From a virus (Duplodnaviria > Heunggongvirae > Uroviricota > Caudoviricetes), in IMG/VR virus record IMGVR_UViG_2541047698_000013: a stretch of DNA of 7,168 nt; one strand, 5' to 3'. Below, piece after piece: positions 1 through 7,168 of this stretch (its first letter is position 1; the number at the start of each line of letters is the position of its first letter). A model generated the notes under the pieces. The model saw only the letters and a list, made by a program, of their open reading frames with translations, was not told where the DNA came from and did not search any database. The position numbers and the translations under genes are program-made.

Positions 1-801
1 ATGCCACTGCTGGATAAGCTGCGTGAGCAGTACGGGGTCGGACCGCTATGCAGCGAACTGCATATTGCCCCGTCAACGTATTACCACTGTCAGCAACAGC
101 GACATCATCCGGATAAACGCAGTGCCCGTGCGCAGCGCGATGACTGGCTGAAGAAAGAGATACAGCGCGTATACGATGAAAATCACAAGGTATACGGTGT
201 GCGTAAAGTCTGGCGTCAGTTGTTACGGGAAGGTATCAGAGTGGCCAGATGCACTGTGGCACGTCTCATGGCGGTTATGGGACTTGCCGGTGTTCTCCGG
301 GGTAAAAAGGTCCGTACGACCATCAGCCGGAAAGCCGTTGCCGCAGGCGACCGCGTAAACCGTCAGTTCGTGGCAGAACGACCTGACCAGCTGTGGGTGG
401 CTGATTTTACTTACGTCAGCACATGGCGGGGCTTCGTCTATGTGGCGTTCATCATTGATGTGTTTGCCGGATACATCGTGGGGTGGCGGGTCTCATCGTC
501 CATGGAAACGACATTCGTGCTGGATGCACTGGAGCAGGCGTTATGGGCCCGTCGACCGTCCGGCACGGTCCATCACAGTGATAAAGGTTCTCAGTATGTA
601 TCGCTGGCCTACACACAGCGGCTTAAGGAAGCCGGATTACTGGCATCAACAGGAAGTACAGGCGACTCGTATGACAACGCGATGGCTGAGAGCATCAATG
701 GTCTTTACAAAGCGGAGGTAATACACCGTAAGAGCTGGAAAAACCGTGCAGAAGTGGAACTGGCCACACTCACGTGGGTGGACTGGTATAACAATCGATG
801 A
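1..801 (+). CDS. IS629-like transposase OrfB (DDE, integrase-type catalytic domain); ends at an in-frame TGA (799-801), with family-conserved C-terminal sequence continuing in the same frame to the next stop at 886-888
   Basis: 266-aa ORF from the track. DDE motif spacing is typical of the IS3 family. The ATG at 1 is probably not the natural initiation site, because IS3-family OrfB is normally made as an OrfAB fusion by -1 frameshifting from an upstream orfA that is outside the window. Confidence 0.88.
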   Translation: MPLLDKLREQYGVGPLCSELHIAPSTYYHCQQQRHHPDKRSARAQRDDWLKKEIQRVYDENHKVYGVRKVWRQLLREGIRVARCTVARLMAVMGLAGVLRGKKVRTTISRKAVAAGDRVNRQFVAERPDQLWVADFTYVSTWRGFVYVAFIIDVFAGYIVGWRVSSSMETTFVLDALEQALWARRPSGTVHHSDKGSQYVSLAYTQRLKEAGLLASTGSTGDSYDNAMAESINGLYKAEVIHRKSWKNRAEVELATLTWVDWYNNR

Positions 802-905
802 TTGCTGGGAAGGCTGGGCCATACTCCTCCGGCAGAAGCAGAAAAAGCTTATTATGCTTCCATCGGAAACGATGATCTGGCAGCCTGAGTTCACAGATAA
901 AACAC

Positions 906-930
906 TCTCCAGGAAACCCGGGGCGGTTCA
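906..930 (+). repeat. Right terminal inverted repeat of the IS element (inner boundary approximate)
   Basis: Terminal sequence ...CTCTCCAGGAAACCCGGGGCGGTTCA ends the element at 930. The left end is not in the window, so the IR length cannot be confirmed by self-complementarity. Confidence 0.5.
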
Positions 931-3720
931 GCGCTAAGAAATCTTGAACAACAGCAGGATGAACTTAATGCTGCGTTTGCATCCGGGAAAATAAATGGTT
1001 CTCAGTTTGAGAATTATAGCCGAAAAATACAGGAAACACGGCGAGAGCTTACCGGAGAGGCTCAGGCAGAGCGAGAAGCAGCAAAAGCGCATGATGAACA
1101 GGTTGCTGCTTTGCAACGTCTGATTGCTCAACTTGACCCTGTCGGAACTGCTTTTAATCGTCTGGTAGAACAACAGAAACAGCTCAATGAAGCAAAAGCT
1201 AAGGGGATGCTCTCTCCTGAAATGTATGAGGAACTTTCTGGAAAACTTCGTGCTATGCGGAGTGAGCTTGAGGTTACTCAATCTCAATTAAGCAAAACCG
1301 GAATGTCGGCAAAACAAACGGCTTTTGCTATGCGCATGTTGCCTGCACAAATGACGGATATTGTTGTTGGGTTGTCCACTGGTCAGTCGCCTTTTATGGT
1401 GTTAATGCAGCAGGGCGGCCAGCTAAAAGATATGTTCGGTGGGATTGGCCCGGCGATCAAAGGTGTTGGTTCTTATGTGCTGGGATTAATTAATCCTTTT
1501 ACCCTGGCCGCAGCAGCCGTTGGCGTCTTAGGGCTGGCTTACTATAAAGGCTCTCAGGAGCAGGACGAATTTAATAAGTCTCTTATTCTTACCGGAAATC
1601 AGTTGGGGACAACCAGCGGGCAATTGGCCGATATAGTTCAACGTGCCGGGAATGCGGCTGATTCGACAACTGGCGCTGCGGCGGCAGTATTAAACCAGCT
1701 TGTGCGTTCGGGAAAGGTAGCGAGCAGTTCGCTGGAGCAAGTGACGACAGCGATAGTAAAAACGAGCGAAGTAACAGGAATATCAACCGAACAACTGGTT
1801 AATGACTTCAATGAAATTGCAAAGGATCCTGTCAGTGCCATATCAAAACTTAATGATCAGTACCATTTTCTGACAATTGCGACTTATAACCAGATTAAGG
1901 CGCTACAGGATGAAGGGAACCAGCAGGAGGCCGCCCGCATTGCGACAGAAGCATACTCATCCTCAATGATCCAGCGCACCAACCAGATTAAAGAAAATCT
2001 TGGTTATCTTGAGACTGCATGGAAAGCTGTCGCAGACTCCGCAAAATGGGCATGGGATTCCATGCTGGATATTGGCCGTGAGGCCTCCCTTGATCAAAAA
2101 ATCTCAGATGTTCTCCGTCAAATTGATGAAATAGAAAAAAATACCCGACCCGGAGTTTTCGGGTTAGGTGGCATTGGAGATGGCGGAGCTCAAAATAAAA
2201 GGCTGGCACGATTAAAGCAGCAATTGGGCGTACTTCAAGCAGAAAAAATTGCTCAGGACGTACTAAATTCATCAATAAACGATTACAACAAGCGACAACA
2301 GGAAGGAATTGAACTCAGACAGAGAGCAGATGCCTTTTCAAAACAATATCAGACCCGGGAGCAGCAGAGAGCTAGTGAACTTGCAAAACTGGAAAAACTA
2401 AAGAGTCAGTATTCAAAGGAAGAATATAATAATCTTATCGCTCAAATAAATGAGCGTTATAAAGATCCAAAGCAACCAAAGGCGAAAGGTTATTCGGATG
2501 ATGCTGCCCAACGAATGATTGATCATCTGAATCAACAGAATGCGTTACTAAGTTCACAAACTGAATTAACCGTTAAATTAAGTTCCTCTGAACAGGAACT
2601 GGTTAAGTGGCGTCAGCAGATTGCCGACCTGGAGTCACGACCGTCATCGAAATTAACCAAGGATCAGAAATCGCTTCTCTTACACCGGGAAGAAATAACC
2701 GCGTTGATGGAGAAAAATGTTGCGATTGAAAAAAATAACAGGCTAATCAAGGAATCCGCCGAAATAGCTGCATGGCGTGATTCATTGCAGGCTTCGATTG
2801 ATAATCGTCAACAGGGGTATGATATTCAGATTGCTGGTTATGGGGTTGGCGATAAAAATCAGCAACGCCAGCAGGAATTACTGCGGATTGAACGTGAATA
2901 TAACAATCAGCGTCTGCAACTTGAACGTGACTATGCAGATAAATCCCGTGGGATGTCAAATCATGTTTTTCAGGAGAAAATGCAGGCTCTGAATGATGCT
3001 CTGGAACGAGAAAAAGAAATTGTCAGACAGAAAAACGAGCAGCTCGATATTCAGGCAGGAGACTGGGTTAGTGGTGCCTCCCAGGGATTCAATAACTGGC
3101 TGGATGACACTAAGGATATCAGTGAGCAGATAAAATCAACCACGACTCAGATGTTTGATGGAATGACCGATGCGCTGGGTGATTTTGTCACGACAGGCAA
3201 AGCAAATTTTCGTTCTTTCGCTACTTCCGTGATTTCGGATCTTAGTCGAATAGCATTAAAGGCTTCAATTACTGGGATTTTCGACAGCATTAGTAACAGT
3301 TCTTCTGGGGGGATTTTAGGAACTATCGGGAGTGCTATTAGTAAATTTATTCCGAATGCAAAGGGCGGTGTTTATGAGTCTCCGTCATTGAACACGTATT
3401 CGAACGGTATTTATGATTCCCCGCAATTTTTTGCTTTTGCAAGAGGGGCTGGTGTTTTTGGTGAGGCTGGTCCGGAAGCCATTATGCCATTAACACGAAC
3501 TTCCGATGGTTCTCTTGGTGTCAGAGCTGTTAATAGTAAAAGTGGTAATGGAGGCGGAGATATTACCTATGCCCCTGTATACCAAATCACTATTCAAAAT
3601 GACGGCCAGAATGGAGAGATTGGCCCTCAGGCAATAAAAGCACTTATGGGGATGGTTGATCAGCGGGTGCAGGGCAATCTGTTAAATATGCGACGTGATG
3701 GGGGAATGTTAAGTGGCTAA
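931..3720 (+). CDS. H: Tail length tape measure protein (lambda gpH-like), C-terminal portion; 5' end apparently severed by the IS insertion (probable pseudogene)
   Basis: Frame 1 is open from the IS junction to the TAA at 3718-3720, with no ATG/GTG/TTG before the TTG at 1111 (first ATG at 1207); frames 2 and 3 have stops at 935 and 945. The translation carries the conserved tape-measure motif [41 protein letters not shown] (lambda H: [13 protein letters not shown]...QSPWLILLQQGGQVKDSFGG) and a lambda-H-like C-terminus (...[16 protein letters not shown]...[10 protein letters not shown]). The central region is long, charged and Q/E/K/R-rich, typical of tape measure proteins. Confidence 0.9.
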   Translation, partial: ALRNLEQQQDELNAAFASGKINGSQFENYSRKIQETRRELTGEAQAEREAAKAHDEQVAALQRLIAQLDPVGTAFNRLVEQQKQLNEAKAKGMLSPEMYEELSGKLRAMRSELEVTQSQLSKTGMSAKQTAFAMRMLPAQMTDIVVGLSTGQSPFMVLMQQGGQLKDMFGGIGPAIKGVGSYVLGLINPFTLAAAAVGVLGLAYYKGSQEQDEFNKSLILTGNQLGTTSGQLADIVQRAGNAADSTTGAAAAVLNQLVRSGKVASSSLEQVTTAIVKTSEVTGISTEQLVNDFNEIAKDPVSAISKLNDQYHFLTIATYNQIKALQDEGNQQEAARIATEAYSSSMIQRTNQIKENLGYLETAWKAVADSAKWAWDSMLDIGREASLDQKISDVLRQIDEIEKNTRPGVFGLGGIGDGGAQNKRLARLKQQLGVLQAEKIAQDVLNSSINDYNKRQQEGIELRQRADAFSKQYQTREQQRASELAKLEKLKSQYSKEEYNNLIAQINERYKDPKQPKAKGYSDDAAQRMIDHLNQQNALLSSQTELTVKLSSSEQELVKWRQQIADLESRPSSKLTKDQKSLLLHREEITALMEKNVAIEKNNRLIKESAEIAAWRDSLQASIDNRQQGYDIQIAGYGVGDKNQQRQQELLRIEREYNNQRLQLERDYADKSRGMSNHVFQEKMQALNDALEREKEIVRQKNEQLDIQAGDWVSGASQGFNNWLDDTKDISEQIKSTTTQMFDGMTDALGDFVTTGKANFRSFATSVISDLSRIALKASITGIFDSISNSSSGGILGTIGSAISKFIPNAKGGVYESPSLNTYSNGIYDSPQFFAFARGAGVFGEAGPEAIMPLTRTSDGSLGVRAVNSKSGNGGGDITYAPVYQITIQNDGQNGEIGPQAIKALMGMVDQRVQGNLLNMRRDGGMLSG

Positions 3721-4051
3721 TACGGAAGAATTTCACTGGTTACCAGAGGATGGAATGAAAACAGAAAATAAACCATCGATAAAAACTGTAAGATTTGGCG
3801 ATGGTTATGAGCAACGAAGTCCAAATGGACTTAATCATTCTCTGCGCGTTTTCACCTGTGATTTCAAAGTTGAGGCGAATGAACGTGATTCATTTGAAAA
3901 ATTTTTAGCCCGGCATGAAGGCTATAAATCTTTTTTTTGGCGCCCGCCGGGTATTAACAGAAAAATCAGAGTGGTGTGTCGAACGTGGTCAGCGACAGAA
4001 CATATCACCTATACCGATTTTTCGTGTCAGTTTGACGAAGTGGTGATCTGA
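3713..4051 (+). CDS. M: Minor tail protein M (lambda gpM-like)
   Basis: 112-aa ORF with ...[16 protein letters not shown]...[16 protein letters not shown]...FDEVVI, matching lambda M (...VRFGDGYSQRAPAGLN...FLEEHGGWKSFLWTPP...FEQVVN). The GTG start at 3713 overlaps the H stop (GTGGCTAA). An alternative ATG at 3755, preceded by GAGGA, would give MKTENKP..., which resembles the lambda M N-terminus MKTFRWK. Confidence 0.85.
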   Translation: MANTEEFHWLPEDGMKTENKPSIKTVRFGDGYEQRSPNGLNHSLRVFTCDFKVEANERDSFEKFLARHEGYKSFFWRPPGINRKIRVVCRTWSATEHITYTDFSCQFDEVVI

Positions 4052-4749
4052 TGCAGGACATACAACAGGAAACGCTGAATGAATGCATTCGTGCGGAGCA
4101 GTCGGCCAGCGTGGTGCTCTGGGAAATCGACCTGACAGAGGTAGGCGGGGATCGCTACTTTTTCTGTAATGAGCAGAACGAAAAAGGTGAGTCTGTCACC
4201 TGGCAGAGTCGGCAGTATCAGGCCTATCCCATTCAGGGGAGTGGATTTGAGATGAACGGCAAGGGCAGTGCTGCCCGTCCGACACTGGCGGTCTCTAACC
4301 TGCACGGCATGATCACCGGGATGGCGGAAGATCTGCAGAGTCTGGTCGGCGGAACGGTGGTCCGGCGTAAGGTTTACGCCCGCTTTCTGGATGCGGTGAA
4401 CTTCGTCAACGGAAACAGCGAAGCCGATCCGGAGCAGGAGGTGATCAGCCGCTGGCGCATCGAGCAGTGCAGCGAACTGAGCGCGGTCAGTGCCTCTTTT
4501 GTACTGTCCACGCCGACTGAAACGGATGGCGCTGTTTTTCCGGGACGTATCATGCTGGCCAACACCTGCACCTGGACCTATCGCGGCGATGAGTGCGGTT
4601 ATAGCGGTCCGGCGGTCGCGGATGAATATGACCAGCCGACGTCCGATATCACGAAGGATAAATGCAGCAAATGCCTGAGTGGCTGTAAGTTTCGCAATAA
4701 TGTCGGCAACTTTGGCAGCTTCCTTTCCATTAACAAACTTTCGCAGTAA
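4051..4749 (+). CDS. L: Minor tail protein L (lambda gpL-like; tail tip assembly)
   Basis: 232-aa ORF, near-identical over its length to lambda L as I recall it (MQDI.QETLNEC.RAEQSASVVLWEIDLTEVGG.RYFFCNEQNEKGE... ending KCSKCLSGCKFRNNVGNFG.FLSINKLSQ), including the C-terminal Cys cluster. Its ATG overlaps the M stop (TGATG). Confidence 0.95.
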   Translation: MQDIQQETLNECIRAEQSASVVLWEIDLTEVGGDRYFFCNEQNEKGESVTWQSRQYQAYPIQGSGFEMNGKGSAARPTLAVSNLHGMITGMAEDLQSLVGGTVVRRKVYARFLDAVNFVNGNSEADPEQEVISRWRIEQCSELSAVSASFVLSTPTETDGAVFPGRIMLANTCTWTYRGDECGYSGPAVADEYDQPTSDITKDKCSKCLSGCKFRNNVGNFGSFLSINKLSQ

Positions 4750-4754
4750 ATCCC

Positions 4755-5498
4755 ATGACAGAGACAGAATCAGCGATTCTGGCGCACGCCCGGCGATGTG
4801 CGCCAGCGGAGTCGTGCGGCTTCGTGGTGAGAACGCCGGAGGAGGAAAGATATTTTCCCTGCGTGAATATCTCCGGTGAGCCGGAGGAGTATTTCCGGAT
4901 GTCGCCGGAGGACTGGCTGAGTGCAGAAATGCAGGGAGAGATTGTGGCGCTGGTCCACAGCCACCCCGGTGGTCTGCCCTGGCTGAGTGAGGCCGACCGG
5001 CGGCTGCAGGTACAGAGTGATTTGCCGTGGTGGCTGGTCTGCCGGGGGGCGATTCATAAATTCCGCTGTGTGCCGCATCTCACCGGGCGGCGCTTTGAGC
5101 ACGGGGTAACGGACTGTTACACGCTGTTCCGGGACGCTTACCATCTGGCGGGAATTGAGATGCCGGATTTTCATCGCGGGGATGACTGGTGGCGTAACGG
5201 TCAGAATCTCTATCTGGATAATCTGGAGGCCACAGGGCTGTATCAGGTGCCGTTGTCAGCGGCGCAGCCGGGCGATGTGCTGCTGTGCTGTTTTGGTTCA
5301 TCGGTGCCGAATCATGCCGCCATTTACTGTGGTGACAGCGAGCTGCTGCACCATATTCCTGAACAACTGAGCAAACGAGAGAGGTACACCGACAAATGGC
5401 AGCGACGCACACACTCCCTCTGGCGTCACCGGGCATGGCACGCATCTGCCTTTACGGGGATTTACAACGATTTGGCCGCCGCATCGACCTTCGAGTGA
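4755..5498 (+). CDS. K: Tail assembly protein K (lambda gpK-like), with an N-terminal JAB/MPN-type metalloprotease motif and a C-terminal NlpC/P60-type Cys/His peptidase region
   Basis: 247-aa ORF. It contains the JAMM signature H-x-H-x7-S-x2-D (HSHPGGLPWLSEAD, nt 4956-4997) with a conserved upstream Glu (AESCGF), and a downstream Cys (VTDCYTLF, codon at 5115-5117) plus His residues (PNHAAIY, LLHH) consistent with NlpC/P60. It starts 5 nt after the L stop. Confidence 0.9.
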   Translation: MTETESAILAHARRCAPAESCGFVVRTPEEERYFPCVNISGEPEEYFRMSPEDWLSAEMQGEIVALVHSHPGGLPWLSEADRRLQVQSDLPWWLVCRGAIHKFRCVPHLTGRRFEHGVTDCYTLFRDAYHLAGIEMPDFHRGDDWWRNGQNLYLDNLEATGLYQVPLSAAQPGDVLLCCFGSSVPNHAAIYCGDSELLHHIPEQLSKRERYTDKWQRRTHSLWRHRAWHASAFTGIYNDLAAASTFE

Positions 5499-6037
5499 AA
5501 ACGGGGTCCGAAGCCATCCGGGCGCTGGCCATGCAGATCCCGGCATTTCGTCAGAAACTGAGCGACGGCTGGTACCAGGTACGCATTGCCGGGCGTGATG
5601 CAGGTGAAACCGAATTGTCTGCCCGTCTTAATGAGCCGCTGGAAAATGGTGCCGTGATCCATATCGTGCCGCGTCTGGCAGGAGCCAAAAGTGGCGGTGT
5701 GTTTCAGGCTGTGCTGGGGGCGGCTGTTATGGCGGTTGCTATATGGATGCCGGGGGTAGGAATTATGGCGAGTAATCTGCTGTTTTCTCTCGGTGCCAGT
5801 ATGACGCTTGGCGGTGTTGCACAGATGCTGGCCCCTAAACCCAAAACCCCCCGCACACAGACAACGGATAACGGCAAACAGAACACCTATTTTTCTTCAC
5901 TGGATAACATGGTTGCCCAGGGCAATGTTCTGCCGGTTCTGTACGGTGAAATGCGCGTGGGGTCACGCGTGGTTTCTCAGGAGATCAGCACGGCAGACGA
6001 AGGGGATGGTGGTCAGGTTGTGGTGATTGGTCGCTGA
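5396..6037 (+). CDS. I: Tail assembly protein I (lambda gpI-like)
   Basis: 213-aa ORF. The N-terminus MAATHTLPLASPGMARICLYGDLQRFGRRIDLRVKTG and the C-terminus ...TPRTQTTDNGKQNTYFSSLDNMVAQGNVLPVLYGEMRVGSRVVSQEISTADEGDGGQVVVIGR match lambda I as recalled. It overlaps the 3' end of K by 103 nt in a different frame, as in lambda. Confidence 0.9.
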   Translation: MAATHTLPLASPGMARICLYGDLQRFGRRIDLRVKTGSEAIRALAMQIPAFRQKLSDGWYQVRIAGRDAGETELSARLNEPLENGAVIHIVPRLAGAKSGGVFQAVLGAAVMAVAIWMPGVGIMASNLLFSLGASMTLGGVAQMLAPKPKTPRTQTTDNGKQNTYFSSLDNMVAQGNVLPVLYGEMRVGSRVVSQEISTADEGDGGQVVVIGR

Positions 6038-6055
6038 TGCAAAATGTTTTATGTG

Positions 6056-6085
6056 AAACCGCCTCCGGGCGGTTTTATCGTTTAT
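6056..6085 (+). terminator. Candidate stem-loop / weak intrinsic terminator-like structure in the I-J intergenic region
   Basis: AAACCGCC (6056-6063), loop TCCG, GGCGGTTT (6068-6075) form a perfect 8-bp stem, followed by a T-rich but interrupted tract TTATCGTTTAT. It lies in the only sizeable intergenic gap of the operon (6038-6097). Confidence 0.25.
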
Positions 6086-6097
6086 GGAGCATGACGA

Positions 6098-7168
6098 ATG
6101 GGTAAAGGCAGCAGTAAGGGGCATACCCCGCGCGAAGCGAAGGACAACCTGAAGTCCACGCAGCTGCTGAGTGTGATCGATGCCATCAGCGAAGGGCCGG
6201 TTGAAGGTCCGGTGGATGGATTAAAAAGCGTGCTGCTGAACAGTACGCCGGTGCTGGACAGTGAGGGGAATACCAATATATCCGGCGTCACGGTGGTGTT
6301 CCGGGCCGGTGAGCAGGAGCAGACACCGCCGGAGGGATTTGAATCCTCCGGCTCCGAGACGGTGCTGGGTACGGAAGTGAAGTACGACACGCCGATTACC
6401 CGGACCATCACGTCGGCAAACATCGACCGTCTGCGCTTTACCTTCGGTGTGCAGGCACTGGTGGAAACCACCTCAAAGGGGGACCGGAATCCGTCGGAAG
6501 TCCGCCTGCTGGTTCAGATACAGCGTAATGGTGGCTGGGTGACGGAAAAAGACATCACCATTAAAGGCAAAACCACCTCACAGTATCTGGCCTCGGTGGT
6601 GGTGGGTGACCTGCCGCCGCGTCCGTTCAATATCCGGATGCGCAGGATGACGCCGGACAGCACCACAGACCAGCTGCAGAACAAAACGCTCTGGTCGTCA
6701 TACACCGAAATCATCGATGTGAAACAGTGCTACCCGAACACGGCACTGGTCGGCGTACAGGTGGATTCGGAGCAGTTCGGCAGCCAGCAGGTGAGCCGTA
6801 ATTATCATCTGCGCGGGCGTATTCTGCAGGTGCCGTCGAACTATAACCCGCAGACTCGGCAATACAGCGGTATCTGGGACGGAACGTTTAAGCCAGCATA
6901 CAGCAATAACATGGCCTGGTGTCTGTGGGATATGCTGACCCATCCACGCTACGGCATGGGGAAACGTCTTGGTGCGGCGGATGTGGACAAATGGGCGCTG
7001 TATGTCATCGGCCAGTACTGCGACCAGTCAGTGCCGGACGGCTTTGGCGGCACGGAGCCGCGCATCACCTGTAATGCGTACCTGACCACACAGCGCAAGG
7101 CGTGGGATGTGCTCAGTGATTTCTGCTCGGCGATGCGCTGTATGCCGGTATGGAACGGGCAGACGCTG
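6098..7168 (+). CDS. J: Host specificity protein J / tail tip (central fibre) protein, N-terminal 357 codons; continues beyond the window
   Basis: ATG at 6098 is preceded by GGAG with 8-nt spacing. The translation MGKGSSKGHTPREAKDNLKSTQLLSVIDAISEGP... matches the lambda J N-terminus essentially residue for residue. The frame stays open to the window end, which is why the ORF track does not list it. Confidence 0.95.
   Translation, partial: MGKGSSKGHTPREAKDNLKSTQLLSVIDAISEGPVEGPVDGLKSVLLNSTPVLDSEGNTNISGVTVVFRAGEQEQTPPEGFESSGSETVLGTEVKYDTPITRTITSANIDRLRFTFGVQALVETTSKGDRNPSEVRLLVQIQRNGGWVTEKDITIKGKTTSQYLASVVVGDLPPRPFNIRMRRMTPDSTTDQLQNKTLWSSYTEIIDVKQCYPNTALVGVQVDSEQFGSQQVSRNYHLRGRILQVPSNYNPQTRQYSGIWDGTFKPAYSNNMAWCLWDMLTHPRYGMGKRLGAADVDKWALYVIGQYCDQSVPDGFGGTEPRITCNAYLTTQRKAWDVLSDFCSAMRCMPVWNGQTL

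Larger units (their letters stand above)
1..930 (+). mobile_element. IS3-family insertion sequence, IS629/IS1203-like, 3' portion only (orfA and the left inverted repeat lie upstream of the window)
   Basis: The 1-801 translation has the IS3-family DDE transposase layout (D in WVADFTY, D in HHSDKGSQY, E in DNAMAESINGLYK) and matches what I recall of IS629 OrfB. The element ends with ...GGAAACCCGGGGCGGTTCA at 930, the 5'-TG...CA-3' terminus typical of IS3-family ends. Sequence character changes abruptly after 930. Confidence 0.85.

Noticed and set aside
943-971. Possible outward or hybrid promoter just past the IS end (TTGAAC, 17-nt spacer, AATGCT)
   Set aside because: The -35-like hexamer is reasonable but the -10 matches TATAAT at only 3 of 6 positions, and IS629 is not known to me to carry an outward promoter. 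The evidence is too weak to annotate.
1111-3720. Treating the TTG at 1111 as the genuine start of an intact tape measure gene
   Set aside because: The frame is open and coding-like for another 60 codons upstream to the IS boundary, while both other frames are closed. A chance stop-free run of that length in AT-rich sequence is unlikely, so truncation by the IS is the better explanation, though the TTG cannot be fully excluded.
176-5370. Same-strand alternative-frame ORFs (176-358, 440-721, 746-937, 2777-2992, 4490-4678, 4679-4879, 5155-5370, 5808-6026)
   Set aside because: All lie within or across the transposase or tail genes in other frames and have no family resemblance. The primary frames carry clear homology, so these are spurious.
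6091-6105. Alternative J start at the ATG at 6091
   Set aside because: It is in a different frame and terminates after four codons (ATG ACG AAT GGG TAA). The ATG at 6098 gives the conserved MGKGSSKGH N-terminus.
934-6943. Fifteen minus-strand ORFs of 60-134 aa (for example 934-1287, 1988-2275, 4027-4305, 4770-5174, 5080-5445, 6082-6471, 6698-6943) lying antisense to the tail genes
   Set aside because: Each is fully embedded opposite a well-supported + strand gene, has no recognisable motifs, and is low-complexity or Arg/Cys/Pro-rich as expected for shadow frames of GC-rich coding DNA. They are antisense artefacts, not genes.
1-7168. A hidden defence, toxin-antitoxin, CRISPR or other novel accessory system
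   Set aside because: There are no direct-repeat arrays and no unassigned ORFs of meaningful size. The whole window is accounted for by the IS element and a contiguous H-M-L-K-I-J tail operon with lambda-like order and spacing, with no cargo gene inserted between tail genes.

Overview
This window is the tail-tip end of a lambda-like (lambdoid) prophage tail module of enterobacterial type, all on the + strand, with an IS3-family insertion sequence at its left edge. Identifications are from reading the translations and recalling the lambda and IS629 protein families; no database search or alignment was run. Positions 1-930 are the 3' part of an IS629/IS1203-like element (OrfB transposase with DDE motifs, element ending ...GGTTCA at 930). 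From 931 an open frame with no start codon runs into a lambda gpH-like tail tape measure gene (to 3720), so the tape measure gene appears to be split by the IS. It is followed by tightly packed homologs of lambda M (3713-4051), L (4051-4749), K (4755-5498), I (5396-6037) and the first 357 codons of J (6098 to the window end). I do not find a novel or undescribed system here: essentially all coding capacity is explained by these genes. The points worth a second look are the IS-disrupted tape measure gene (likely a defective prophage), an in-frame premature stop in the transposase, a sharp compositional and mosaic junction at the M/L boundary, and the K/I pair with JAB-type, NlpC/P60 and ubiquitin-like features.
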